Positions 45,075 to 56,176 of a DNA stretch of 64,000 nucleotides are shown here, in pieces; position 1 is the stretch's first letter, and every line of letters begins with the position of its first letter. The stretch is taken from contig OX337234.1 of assembly GCA_946965045.2 (NCBI GenBank), positions 2,170,001-2,234,000 on the forward strand, written 5' to 3'. The notes beneath the pieces are model-generated. The model did no database searches. It saw nothing but the letters and a program-made list of their open reading frames with translations, and had not been told where the DNA came from. The translations under genes and the position numbers were made by a program. Source of the DNA: Epithemia pelagica. Its lineage: Eukaryota; Protista; Bacillariophyta.

Positions 45075-46777
45075 TTACTCCCATTCAATTGTCGCCGGTG
45101 GCTTTGAGCTGATATCATAACACAGTCGATTGATACCTCGAACTTCATTAATGACACGACTTGACATGGTTCCCATAATTTCATAAGGAAGATGATAGAA
45201 GTCTGCAGTCATGTAGTCCGTAGTCTCGACGCATCGGACAGCCGCAACATTTTCATATGTTCGGCCGTCTCCCATCACGCCAACGCTCTTGACAGGCAAC
45301 AAGACTACAAACGCTTGTCCAATGGCACGGTAGTGACCCGATTTAAACAACTCCTCAATGACAATTGCGTCTGCTTCCTGCAACATTTGAACTCGTTCGC
45401 GTGTGACTTCTCCAAGAATTCGAATGGCTAAGCCGGGACCAGGAAATGGATGACGCCAAACACTGGCTTCGTCAATCCCAAGAGCCATGCCGAGTTCCCG
45501 CACCTCATCTTTGAACAACTCACGCAATGGTTCAATCAATTTCAGTTTCATTGTCGCAGGAAGTCCACCAACGTTATGATGCGTTTTGATTGTTGCGGAT
45601 GGTCCTTTATACGAAATACTTTCAATGACATCTGGATAGAGCGTCCCTTGGAGAAGATATTCACAAGGACCACTCTCCTCTTCAATCTTTTTGGCTTCTT
45701 GTTGAAAGATTTCGATGAATGTTCCCCCGATCAGCTTCCGCTTCTTCTCGGGATCCGTCACCCCCTCGAGAAGATTCAAAAATGTATCCGATGCATCCAC
45801 GCAGCGCAGATTCACCCCGCAATCGTCTTTCATGCGCTTCAATACGTTCTTTGCCTCATCTTTTCGCAAGCACCCATTGTCTACCAGCACTGCATGAAAT
45901 CGATCTCCAATGGCACGTGTCATCAAAACAGCAGCCACAGTGGAATCGACGCCACCCGACACGGCTCCAATGACATGACCTGTGGTTCCCACCTTTGTCC
46001 GAACCTCCTCAATGAACTCATTGGCGTAGTCTTTCATGACCCAATCCGTTTTGGCCCCCGCAATGTTCACACAAAAGTTCTCCAAGATTGTTTTCCCCTT
46101 TGGTGAATGCGTCACTTCGGGGTGGAACTGCAATCCCCACATTCGTGTTTCCGTGTTCTCAATGGCAACAAATTCAGCATTTTCCGTAGCCGCCACGAAC
46201 TTGAAACCAGTGGGCATTTGTTTCACTTTGTCACCATGCGACATCCACATTTGAAACTCCGTCGGCATCCCTTGAAACAGGACCGAATCGCAACCTTCTG
46301 TGCGATGAACCATTGCTTTGCCATACTCATGTTTGCTTCCAGGTTCGACAATGCCACCAAACACATGCGCCATTTCTTGCATTCCATAACAGATACCGAG
46401 AACTGGAATAGACCGTTCTTTGATCAAGGTCCACGTCTCGGCAGACACATGAGGTGCTCCCTCAGCGTAGACGGATGCAGGGCCACCGGAAAGAATGATT
46501 GCAGTAATTTCATGCTTTTCCAGCTCGGATGCTGAAACTTGGCAGGAATAAAGCTCACAATAAACGTGCAGTTCTCGGACTCGACGAGCTATCAAATGAG
46601 AATATTGCGAGCCAAAGTCCAATATAGCAACTTGAGGCCTATCGTTGAATAAGTGCACACAATTCAGAAAAAATGAGTCGGAAAACAAAGAAGCGCACCA
46701 GCGCTACTTCATGGAGATACTCACCGGCCGAAGTTGCTTAGACGAGAAGATTGTTTCAAATACTCGGTCGATTCCAT
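45075..46777 (-). CDS. guaA: GMP synthase (glutamine-hydrolysing), 2 exons
   Basis: ILDFGSQY, LGICYGMQ, QFHPEV, SGGVDS, LLQGTLYPDVIES, IKTHHNVGG, KPPATIEWE. Predicted intron 46639-46723 joins MESTEYLKQSSRLSNFGR to PQVAIL. Confidence 0.97.
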
Positions 46778-47160
46778 GGCCACGGATTTGATCTTCTCAA
46801 TGGAGGATTCTGATTTCTGATGGGGCGTCTCGGAAGTAGAGGGCGACAGTTTGATTGGTCCCAAGTAATGCGACGGTCGGTGAACAGACGCCCTCTACTG
46901 ACTCCTCTCATTCCGATTTCCGATGTCCGTCATGGCTCTCATACGAGTACACTGACAAAAGCCGACAACAACCTTTCTATTGCCCAGAATATATTGTAAG
47001 ATCTAAGCCCTCAATTCGTAACTATCAAAAAACAACGCGACTGGATCGGGAATCAGAATCGACGCGTCGTCATTCGGTCACTTTTTTGTTTTTACTTTCG
47101 CGAAGCATCAATAGCAAACCCCAGACAAAACGAGTGTCGAAGACTACAACACATCTAACC

Positions 47161-48096
47161 ATGGGGAATGTAATTGTTCTAATAGTTGGACGAAAGGGGC
47201 CCAATCGTCTTCTGATCAGGGGAAACGATGCTTACAAGCACGAACATTACCAAGATGCGATCGAATACCATTCCAGGGCACTTGCGCGACTGAAGAAGCC
47301 TTCGCTGAAGCGAGCCAAGTGTCTCGACGAATTGGCAAAAGACTTTTACCGTGTCGGAGGCATTGATAAGTCTCTCAGCACTTCAATGGAAAGTCTGTGT
47401 ATCAAGGAGGCCCTTGTCCCTCGGTCTGACACCGTGGCCAAGACTCTCTCGAACATTGGATGTATCTTTTTCGAGCGAGCCGACTTTATGAAAGCGCTAG
47501 AGGTGATGGAAGCAGCGCTAGCTATCAGAGAAGAACTGGACCCCGACTCCAAGGATATTGCTGTGACGTGTAATAATATGGCCATGATACTGACGAGACT
47601 TGGAAGACGAGAGGAAGCTTTGCGATACAATGAACGAGCTCGTCGAATCAAGGAACGAACTCGACCTAGCTCCATTAGCCTTGCTACAACATACATGAAC
47701 ATGTCGTGCTGCTCAAAAGACTTTACTCATGGGATCATGATGCTGGATAAGGCACGGCGAATTGCCGAAAGAATCAAACCCGCCCCCAAGTCTCTTCTTG
47801 CTTTGATAGATACTAATCATGGGAATTTTCTTATGAGAGCTGGCAAGCTCAAAGAGGCCATTCAGTGTTACAAGAGTGCAATACACCGAGAAGAAGAAGT
47901 GGCACCAGAATCTTTGACAATGGCTACAATTCAACAGCACTTAGCAACGGCATGTGATAGGGCAGGTCTTCACGCGGAAGCTCGCATTGCCCGGGAACGA
48001 TCGATTGGCATTCGTTCACGGAAAGCGCCTTCATACTTGGAGAAAAGACTGTTGAAGAAGCCCACTCATCAGTCATCATCATTAAGCCAGTCGTAG
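47161..48096 (+). CDS. Tetratricopeptide repeat protein (kinesin-light-chain-like TPRs)
   Basis: Tandem TPRs such as VAKTLSNIGCIFFERADFMKALEVMEAALAI and IAVTCNNMAMILTRLGRREEALRYNERARRI. Confidence 0.85.
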   Translation: MGNVIVLIVGRKGPNRLLIRGNDAYKHEHYQDAIEYHSRALARLKKPSLKRAKCLDELAKDFYRVGGIDKSLSTSMESLCIKEALVPRSDTVAKTLSNIGCIFFERADFMKALEVMEAALAIREELDPDSKDIAVTCNNMAMILTRLGRREEALRYNERARRIKERTRPSSISLATTYMNMSCCSKDFTHGIMMLDKARRIAERIKPAPKSLLALIDTNHGNFLMRAGKLKEAIQCYKSAIHREEEVAPESLTMATIQQHLATACDRAGLHAEARIARERSIGIRSRKAPSYLEKRLLKKPTHQSSSLSQS

Positions 48097-48491
48097 TCAT
48101 TGACGGCAACGGAAGGGAAGACTAACATTTGCAGATAGGAGTAGGAGTAGGTTACACGGTAACTTATCAGGCTACTTTTTGGTGCGGGGGGCAGGTGCGA
48201 GTGCGAGGGGGGACTCCAAATCTAAAAATTTAGCGCGGGCGCTCGCAAAAATTGCGTGCAAGTCACTGCGGGCATGCAAGGGCTGCGAGGGCAACGATTT
48301 ACCGCACCAAATACCCCCAAGTAGGGGTGAGTAGGTAGTCGCACATGTGTCGTGTATTCTGGCGAATTGTATACTCACCCCCACGGCGCGGCCACCCAGC
48401 TCTCGAGGGTGATACAAAACTCCAAACACCACATGTATAATCCCCTCATTCATCACAGTGGTGGAGGTGCAGTAGCCCTATATCGCATCCA

Positions 48492-51400
48492 ATGTCGTCG
48501 TCTTCCTCCCACAAACGCAAACGACTCTCTCAAAAAGATGCCAAGGCAAGGTTCTCAACGCACCATGCCTCCGCAAGGTTGTCCCTTCCTACAACACAGG
48601 TCGTCGATAACAGCATCGCCGAAAACAACAACACAACGTCGTCTCCCCAAGACAGTTCTTCATCGCCACCAGAAGCCTCTTCCCTACGTGAACCGGTACC
48701 ATTCCGTCCATACACGATGCCTCAAGCGCTGAGAGCCCAACAACGGACAAAACCTCCCCCGAGCAATCTATCAGAGCCGTCTACTACGTTCATGGATAGT
48801 GCTGCGGCAACAAGCTCCCTATCGACGACGCCACACTTTCAGCGTGCCATTGCTCCCGCACCTTTCCAATTGACTCGCTTTCAGTCCATGCCTCCGCCTG
48901 AACCTTCTCCCTGCTATCAAAATCAAAACCAAGAATCAACCAATTCTTCGGCTCAGCAAAGAACAAAGATTTCGGCGGCGTCTTTTCACCTTCTGCATCG
49001 CCGCGATTCATTCGGCCACGTGCAATTCGGCACCCAATCTTCCCTGACAAAATCCTTTAACCTTTTAGGAATGATTGAGGCTGCGAAGAATTCCCCAGAC
49101 GTGGTACCTGCCATTGTTGGAGCTACTCATCCCCAACAAGAAACGAATGTGACAAATAGTACAACCAGCCACCCAACCAACGAAGCCTCCAACAACCAAA
49201 ACGAAGCATCCAGTTCCTATTCCGTCCCGACCGCTGTTGCCCCGCCGTCTCCTCCTGCCGTCAATCCCGATGATAGTGATTCCTCATCTACATCCATGGA
49301 ACTTTTACAGCAACCGGACCCAGTTGTTCAACCAGCCACTCTCCATCCAAATTTGAAACTACAACTGAAAAAAGTAAAAGAGGGATCGTTCTTGGTTCCC
49401 ATTCGGCGCCATCCCCAGCTTCCCTGCGTCGACGCTGGTGAAGCACTCACCAAAAACCCACCAATGGTGATTATTACACAAACTCCGGAGAAGAGGACAG
49501 CAAAAGCTTTGAATTTGGTGTCGAATTTCTGCGGACCCATGATGCGTAAAGCCAAGAATTTCACACGGGGCGGCACTCGGTCTCCGACGGGGACACACAA
49601 ACAACGACGATACCACAAAGCAAAGAAGCGCAGGCTTAGTGCTGACGACGCGGCACCATCGACCTCGTCATCTACAGGGCCTCAGAATCTGCAAATGGTC
49701 AGTTCCTTTGCCATGCGGACGATGTTTGTCGAAGATATTTGGTTCCTCCAAGAAGACCAAGCCATTATTCTGTTTTTCAACGATGACATGCTTCCCCCTC
49801 GGTATTCCAAACGTTGGACAAAAGTGTGGAAAGACACTCAGCAATGTAACTATGTCCCAACTGTTATGTTTGACGGACGGTCGTACAAACAGCTGTGCGG
49901 TTGGGTCCACAACAACAAGGCGGCCAAAAAGAAAATTTGTGAAGATAAACCTTATAAGGTCCTTGTTGAGGCTATGAATGAAACCTCGCAGAACGGTGTC
50001 TACCTCAAGTTTCCAATGTTTTCCCCGTCCAATCACAACATCACTTCTCCCCCTTTGGAGTGCTACAAACAGCTATTGTCATGGTTTGAGATCTTTACAT
50101 TCCCACAGTCCATATTTATCCAGGCTGACTACCATCCCGAACGTAATTGGGCAAGCATTTTCAGCCGTTTGAAAGAAGAAGGAGGGGACAGACTCACATT
50201 GCTACATAGAATTATACAAGAGACTCCAGGCGATCGATACGTACTATCAGAGTTGCGCCATGTGTGGGAGCGCTTGCGCCTGAATGCAGGTGTCTGGAAA
50301 GCCCGTGATGAGTTTATTGGAGTCAATCTGAAGCTACAAGAGGCTGAGGCAAAGGTTGCAGCTGACCCCCCTCCTATAATTGACCCCAATCTGAAGCCAG
50401 TCCAGAAATTCTGCAAGCTACTGGATGAGACTCTCTGGAAACGCATGGAGGATTGTTTCGGGAGCTTTAATCACTTGTTCGAGAAGTTTCTATCACAATT
50501 GGAAATTCGACGCCTCGCTGTTGAATTTGAGACAATGCTACCGCAACAATTCAACACTTTGATGGCAATCAGTGGATACAACCGAAAGCTAGAGCTGGCT
50601 TCTCCTAAAAACCGTGATTTTCTACGCGCAAGATTCACCCTAGATGTCCTGTTCCAGTTCATAATCCGAGCCCGTAAGCACAATAACCACATGCTTGTGC
50701 CTTTTGGGATGCTCTTTGCCATGGCACAATATGCGTGTGGCCACCCACTGCTTGCGACACAAATCCCAATATGGCTGGGAATATCAGTGTCGAAGCGCAC
50801 CATGGAACGACGAATCGAGCCGTGGTTGCAATCCTACGACAATCGCGTCAAGATGGCACTCCGCAATGTTACAAGCCTCCTTTGCGTGTTCGATAATCTT
50901 CAGGATGGACGTCGCCTGCAATTTCAGCAGGGACAGAGTTCTGTTTTCACTCGCGTGACGGCTCGTTTTGTCATGTCAATGTATCTTTCCCGTCACCCTA
51001 CGTGGGTGTATTCCTACCTTGAAAGACCGAAGCTCACGTATATCCAACAAGCTATACCGGCGTCCTATCAAATGCCGGCATTGGAAGTGACAAAGGATTC
51101 AAACTTGGCTGATGTATTGAGATCTGTTTTCCTGGGCACTTACCCCGATGACCTTGAACAAGAAGGGAATCCATTTGATTGTTCAGGGGTTCGAGTGAGA
51201 ACACACCAGCAGATAATCGGTTGGTGCAGGGAGTTACGAGCAATCAAACGGTACATGTCAACAAAGCGACGAAAGGGATATAAGGTGGATTATACTCTGC
51301 AACCACCAGAGTTTGCTATCAATCACGCAAGAACTACCATTTGTGAGGCAATGCACCATTTGCGCAAGGATCGCGACTCTAATGTGTTCCAGATGGCGGC

Positions 51401-53453
51401 AGAATTTCAGCGTCGTGTTATAAGGACGTGGCGGTATCTTCCTCCCGTTGCTGAATTGCTGATCCTCCCTGTGTCCGTTCTGGACGAAACAACTAAAACC
51501 GGTGCAACGGGCATTATCCTGGACTTCATGGTCCTGCATGGCCTTCTGGAGTGGGATCCAAGAACTGCTATGTATTGCCATGGAAGCAGTTGGGAAGACA
51601 AATGGCTCTTCATCGTTGGCGATGGTTTGTCAATTGATAGAATCTTTCAATTCTTCGATGACAACATGGCAATCACCGACTCTTCTGTATCATCCTACAG
51701 AGCCGCCTACCGCCAAGCCATGACTATATCTCAGGTGGTGCATCGAGTGGTTCCCATCAATGGGGACTTGCATGTTCGTTTCCACATGCTTGATGCAATT
51801 TACCGCCTCTTTTATGGCGGCTTCCTACAATGCATGCAAGTACGACTGAAATGGAAGCGACTCAATGCTTCTGACGTGTCTAAGAGTTACCGCCTTGCGC
51901 ATCGATTGGCAATGTTGGTCTTCGAAGAGGTGGACAGAATCGTGCTAGATATCTTTGTGTACAGGACTGTGTCCGAGGAAACAGTGGACGGCTATTTACA
52001 CCATGGACAGGAAGAAGAATTGGCTGTATTTTTGGCACAGGGATATAGAGCGTATCTCGAGCGTCAGGTCCGTGAAAGCAAGGATTGGTTGCATCGATAC
52101 CTTTGCAATTATCTACTTATCATTCGGAAATACTCTACTTTCTTGGAAGCGGAGCAACAAGGAGACGCATTGACAATGGAATCTGTTGTGGTGGAGTTTC
52201 TTCCTGTGTTCTATATCACAAAGAAAAAGAACTCCTGCAATACGCAACTTAGGCTCGTTGAGCTTTACTACAACCGACTGCCCATTTCGATCTTGCAACA
52301 AATCCGTTTGAACCAAACCAAAAGACAAAAGGAAGGAAGCGGTCCGTCCATGGTGGCGAAAGAAAGTGCTTTGGACCAGATTATGGAGCGGCTCATGCCT
52401 TTCTTCAAAGGCGTGAGCCACAGTGGGACAGAAGCATCCTTCATCAAGGTGTCGAAGATGCTGACAGTGTGTCAGCGTGCAAAATATTTTGTAGAATACT
52501 ACACCAGGAACAGAGTAGACAATACCACATTGCAAGTACATAAGAAAACCAGACGATGTGGCAATGGGAAGGTTGAAGCAGACAGTACTCATGAATATGT
52601 CATGGTGCAAGCGACAGGGATGGTAGGCAGTCTGACAGAGACTGGTGACGAGGAGAACCAGTCCGAAACAGGAAACAAGAATGATGACGATTCAGAAATC
52701 GACTTGGAGCAGGCTCTGAAAGAACAAGATGATGATAAGTCGGTTGGAGAGGACTCTGTTTTCAGTGAGGACGAGATTGCTGTTGTTGAGATTGAATATG
52801 AAAATGAGTTTGGGGGAAATGAGACCAATGAGACCGTGGAAAAAGATGTGACCGTAGAGAATGATGAAGATAATGACAACGAAGAAGACGCTGTAGTGGA
52901 TGATGACAACAATGGCGGCAATGTATCGGATTCTCAAATTCCTGAAACACAGGTGGAGGACGTCATTCTGGACGATGCAGAAGAACTTGACAACGAGAAT
53001 GATGAAGATGCAGATGAAGATGTAGACGACTTGGGTGAAGACGGAGACAGGGAGGAAAGTGGCGGGGATGCGGCATCGAGTAAAAAGGATGACAGTGTTG
53101 AAGATGAAGGTGCTACATCAAGCAAGGACGAGAAGTTGGTGGAAAAGAAAAAGCTCAAAGGCATGAAAGTTGTGGAACTCAACAAACTTGCAACAACGGA
53201 TGTTATATCGCATGCACTGGAGGAGATCAGTGAGAAGAATATTATTTCTGGAAGAGAATGGGATACCTCTCGTAAGGAAAGAGAGCACCATTTCCTCCGG
53301 TACAAATTGTTTTGTAGGCTTGAAGAAATGGAAGAGGAGGGAACTGGGTTGGGTTGGAGTACTCAAAATGACTGTGAACTGGAGGTAACTCAACGACTTG
53401 ATCGTTCCTTATCTATGTTTCAACGATATAAGAAATCAAGAGGAAAGAAGTAA
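48492..53453 (+). CDS. Academ-type (DUF6589-like) transposase, 1653 aa
   Basis: CVFDNLQ, ILPVSVLDETTKTG, FIVGDGLSIDRI, GDLHVRFHMLDAIY, ALDQIMERL. Low-complexity N-terminus and acidic C-terminal tail. Confidence 0.8.
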   Translation: MSSSSSHKRKRLSQKDAKARFSTHHASARLSLPTTQVVDNSIAENNNTTSSPQDSSSSPPEASSLREPVPFRPYTMPQALRAQQRTKPPPSNLSEPSTTFMDSAAATSSLSTTPHFQRAIAPAPFQLTRFQSMPPPEPSPCYQNQNQESTNSSAQQRTKISAASFHLLHRRDSFGHVQFGTQSSLTKSFNLLGMIEAAKNSPDVVPAIVGATHPQQETNVTNSTTSHPTNEASNNQNEASSSYSVPTAVAPPSPPAVNPDDSDSSSTSMELLQQPDPVVQPATLHPNLKLQLKKVKEGSFLVPIRRHPQLPCVDAGEALTKNPPMVIITQTPEKRTAKALNLVSNFCGPMMRKAKNFTRGGTRSPTGTHKQRRYHKAKKRRLSADDAAPSTSSSTGPQNLQMVSSFAMRTMFVEDIWFLQEDQAIILFFNDDMLPPRYSKRWTKVWKDTQQCNYVPTVMFDGRSYKQLCGWVHNNKAAKKKICEDKPYKVLVEAMNETSQNGVYLKFPMFSPSNHNITSPPLECYKQLLSWFEIFTFPQSIFIQADYHPERNWASIFSRLKEEGGDRLTLLHRIIQETPGDRYVLSELRHVWERLRLNAGVWKARDEFIGVNLKLQEAEAKVAADPPPIIDPNLKPVQKFCKLLDETLWKRMEDCFGSFNHLFEKFLSQLEIRRLAVEFETMLPQQFNTLMAISGYNRKLELASPKNRDFLRARFTLDVLFQFIIRARKHNNHMLVPFGMLFAMAQYACGHPLLATQIPIWLGISVSKRTMERRIEPWLQSYDNRVKMALRNVTSLLCVFDNLQDGRRLQFQQGQSSVFTRVTARFVMSMYLSRHPTWVYSYLERPKLTYIQQAIPASYQMPALEVTKDSNLADVLRSVFLGTYPDDLEQEGNPFDCSGVRVRTHQQIIGWCRELRAIKRYMSTKRRKGYKVDYTLQPPEFAINHARTTICEAMHHLRKDRDSNVFQMAAEFQRRVIRTWRYLPPVAELLILPVSVLDETTKTGATGIILDFMVLHGLLEWDPRTAMYCHGSSWEDKWLFIVGDGLSIDRIFQFFDDNMAITDSSVSSYRAAYRQAMTISQVVHRVVPINGDLHVRFHMLDAIYRLFYGGFLQCMQVRLKWKRLNASDVSKSYRLAHRLAMLVFEEVDRIVLDIFVYRTVSEETVDGYLHHGQEEELAVFLAQGYRAYLERQVRESKDWLHRYLCNYLLIIRKYSTFLEAEQQGDALTMESVVVEFLPVFYITKKKNSCNTQLRLVELYYNRLPISILQQIRLNQTKRQKEGSGPSMVAKESALDQIMERLMPFFKGVSHSGTEASFIKVSKMLTVCQRAKYFVEYYTRNRVDNTTLQVHKKTRRCGNGKVEADSTHEYVMVQATGMVGSLTETGDEENQSETGNKNDDDSEIDLEQALKEQDDDKSVGEDSVFSEDEIAVVEIEYENEFGGNETNETVEKDVTVENDEDNDNEEDAVVDDDNNGGNVSDSQIPETQVEDVILDDAEELDNENDEDADEDVDDLGEDGDREESGGDAASSKKDDSVEDEGATSSKDEKLVEKKKLKGMKVVELNKLATTDVISHALEEISEKNIISGREWDTSRKEREHHFLRYKLFCRLEEMEEEGTGLGWSTQNDCELEVTQRLDRSLSMFQRYKKSRGKK

Positions 53454-55598
53454 TGCATAAGTAAGTTCGTGTTTAGATTCACCATCGTCTGATTGGTCCT
53501 TTTCAATGAACAAAAAGCCTACCCAAGCACTGACATCGTTCAACCTCGGGTTGCCATTATTGCAATAGCCCAGCTTTGCTCGTAAATGGTATCCATCAAC
53601 CTCCGGCTCCAGTATCCCGGCTGCAAAGCATTTTAGAATTAGGGCTTTCGTCCTTGGACGGGCAGTCTGCACTGTCTTCACGCCAAATACAGCTTTGTGA
53701 AACTTTTTGATTGGCTTTCCATCAGGGCCAGAATTCAGGAGTTCATTCAAAAAACAGTCACGGTGTAGAGACAATTGTGATGCAGGGAGCTTTGAAGTGA
53801 TGAAGATTGCGACAAGATACTCCTTAAAGTGATCTTTGTTAATGCGACAATCAAGGGGGGTCGAAACGGGTGCCACGGAACAACGCCAACAAGCACCGTC
53901 ACAACATTCATCCATGTCATTTACAGGAACCACATATGGATGCAACATGAGTCGTTCCAATTGATAATGGATACATTGACCGTTATCAATGCAGACAAGG
54001 TACAGGACTTCCTTTAATTTCTCCCATTGACGCTTAGCCAGTTCTTCCATTGACAATGTCGTCGTAGTAGGGGCTGAGGAAACTGATGTAGAAGCATCTG
54101 TGGAGTTGGTTGTAGCTTCTTTCGTGGCTTTAGCAGCTTCGTATTTAGGAATGATGAATATGCGAGTCATCAATGCTACAAGACTGTTGAGCGAGATGAC
54201 CATTGTGAATGATGAGTTCCCTGGATGTGCTTCTGGACTCCGACCACACCGTCCTGAGCATTGGAGGAAAACTTCTATCGTAGCCGGAAAGCCTTGAAAT
54301 ATGACTTTGTCGACCTCTTGACAGTCCAAACCAGAACTCGTAGCCCCAGCAGTAGCAAAGAGGGCCACCGGATCAAATCGCAACGGAAGCCCAGTAGTGG
54401 GACATTCGTCCAACAAAGGTTTGCCGATGAACATATCAGTGTGGTGAAATTTCTGCTCTCGGTACATGTTTCCATGTACCAAGAGTAGATCTTTCTGTAT
54501 ACCCGCAAGATTCAACACATTCCGGCTCTTGTTATACAAATGGACAGTGCCTTTGCGTGAATTGGAGTATACAATTAACTTCCGGCCACCCGGGGTCCGG
54601 CAAAGCTTAAGCAATTCCGATTTGACTCGTCGGTGAGGTGAGGCGTTGAGGGAGATATCGAGGAAAACATTCCGGCGCTGCACTCCAGAATGATATTGGG
54701 GCCATAGCATGTCGTTTGTAGGATGGACAGGTAAACCGGTGAGTTGCTCCAGATCTTGCACCATAGACTTGGAGGCGGCTGCTGTCATGAAAAGAACTGG
54801 GATGGGATATTGAATTCGTTTTTCAACCAGCCGAAACAAAAATTTTCGAAGCTCTCCGAACTCCTCTCTGAACTCTATACCATGGGCGGCATAGAGGTGA
54901 CATTTGTCAACTGCAAGCAACCGTAGGGTACCATTCATACAGCATGCTGCAATGGTCTGTTGCCAATGGGGGTCTTTTGTTATCTTTTGTGGTGAAGAGA
55001 ACAAAGACACAATGGTTTTGCAATCGGCGTCGTTTTTCAGTTGCTCGAGGTGGTTCCGCAACTCTTCGTTTAAGGATGTGGAGCGTATAACGTCAAGGTT
55101 GAAGACTTTAAAGCGGTGGAACGAAGTCTGATCGATGGATAGTTGAAGGAGCTTGGAGGTTTGGTCTGCGGCCAAACTTAGCAAAGGAACAATTGTTAAT
55201 GTGATACCACCACATAGAATCCCCGTGATGTCCCGAACAGCAGATTTCCCACCACCAGTGGACCGGACAAGAAGAAGAGGGCGGAGCATACGGTCGGGAG
55301 GGGGTTCAACATGTCGTCGAAGGAGTTCTGCACATGCAGTAACTTGCCAATGGCGGGCTGTCTTGCCATGCCAGTCGGTGAAAGCTTGCTTGATTGCATC
55401 GTCTGGGGAAGTGACATCGTCGTCATCATTGGGAGGAAGGATAGGGGTGTTAGAAGGCATTTGATTTGACGGAGGAGGTTGGGAAAGGCTTGTTTTGTAT
55501 GGGTCAGAGCCGCCTTGAGTGAAGAACGGAAGCATGGGGTGGATTGGTGGACTGGGTAACGTGAAGGAACCTTTCGGTCGCGAAACCGGGACTCCCAC
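53436..55598 (-). CDS. RecQ-like SF2 helicase of the element, with a variant Walker B (start uncertain)
   Basis: WQVTA, RSTGGGKS, IVPLLSLAADQ, SSPQ, AVDKCH, FMTAAA, IVYSNSR, ATSSGLDCQEV, QCSGRCGR, RecQ-type Zn motif CCDGACWRC. Confidence 0.88.
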   Translation of the reverse strand: MGVPVSRPKGSFTLPSPPIHPMLPFFTQGGSDPYKTSLSQPPPSNQMPSNTPILPPNDDDDVTSPDDAIKQAFTDWHGKTARHWQVTACAELLRRHVEPPPDRMLRPLLLVRSTGGGKSAVRDITGILCGGITLTIVPLLSLAADQTSKLLQLSIDQTSFHRFKVFNLDVIRSTSLNEELRNHLEQLKNDADCKTIVSLFSSPQKITKDPHWQQTIAACCMNGTLRLLAVDKCHLYAAHGIEFREEFGELRKFLFRLVEKRIQYPIPVLFMTAAASKSMVQDLEQLTGLPVHPTNDMLWPQYHSGVQRRNVFLDISLNASPHRRVKSELLKLCRTPGGRKLIVYSNSRKGTVHLYNKSRNVLNLAGIQKDLLLVHGNMYREQKFHHTDMFIGKPLLDECPTTGLPLRFDPVALFATAGATSSGLDCQEVDKVIFQGFPATIEVFLQCSGRCGRSPEAHPGNSSFTMVISLNSLVALMTRIFIIPKYEAAKATKEATTNSTDASTSVSSAPTTTTLSMEELAKRQWEKLKEVLYLVCIDNGQCIHYQLERLMLHPYVVPVNDMDECCDGACWRCSVAPVSTPLDCRINKDHFKEYLVAIFITSKLPASQLSLHRDCFLNELLNSGPDGKPIKKFHKAVFGVKTVQTARPRTKALILKCFAAGILEPEVDGYHLRAKLGYCNNGNPRLNDVSAWVGFLFIEKDQSDDGESKHELTYALLLSS

Positions 55599-55906
55599 AC
55601 CTTCTTGTATGTATAGAAGGTAATCCCAAGTGGTTTAAAGAGAGATTGAAACGTTAGCAGTGGAACAAAGGGACCTCGGCAAATTGGCACCGTGGTGTTT
55701 GTGTTGAGGTAGAAGGAGTTTTGTATCACCCTCGAGAAATCGCCAAATTTGTCTGCTCGCGCCATGGACACAGCGCACGATCAGGTATGTGTCAGTTGTC
55801 CAGAAAGCGGGCTGGCGCGCGCCTGCGCGCAAGAAGAAAATTCGTCGGATGCAACACGGGTTATCGTGGAAAACCATGGTGCTTTAGAGGTCGGTCCGAA
55901 ACCCTA

Positions 55907-55999
55907 AACATGTACCTTTTTCCATTCGAAACCTTACAATCGTCCCTATGACCATGGTTGGACTGGTTGTTACCTTTCGAATGGAAAAAGGTACATGTT
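55907..55999. repeat. Perfect 25-bp inverted repeat with a 43-bp spacer
   Basis: AACATGTACCTTTTTCCATTCGAAA (55907-55931) and TTTCGAATGGAAAAAGGTACATGTT (55975-55999). Confidence 0.9.
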
Positions 56000-56176
56000 C
56001 TGACCTTCATTTTCTACTCGATATTGTGTACAAGGTGTGGTGCGTTGCGTGGGATGGTTGGATGGAGTGTCGCGTCCCGTCCCGTTGTATCGATCGAAAC
56101 ACATCCGACGCCAAGCCGTATTTTCTCTAAATGCAAAGAAGTAATAAAATTATGCATACGCTATAGTGTTGTATTT

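Noticed and set aside
48492-55598. Helitron or host RecQ gene
   Set aside because: The helicase is SF2 RecQ-like rather than PIF1, there is no HUH Rep, and it is enclosed by TIRs together with a DUF6589-like ORF.
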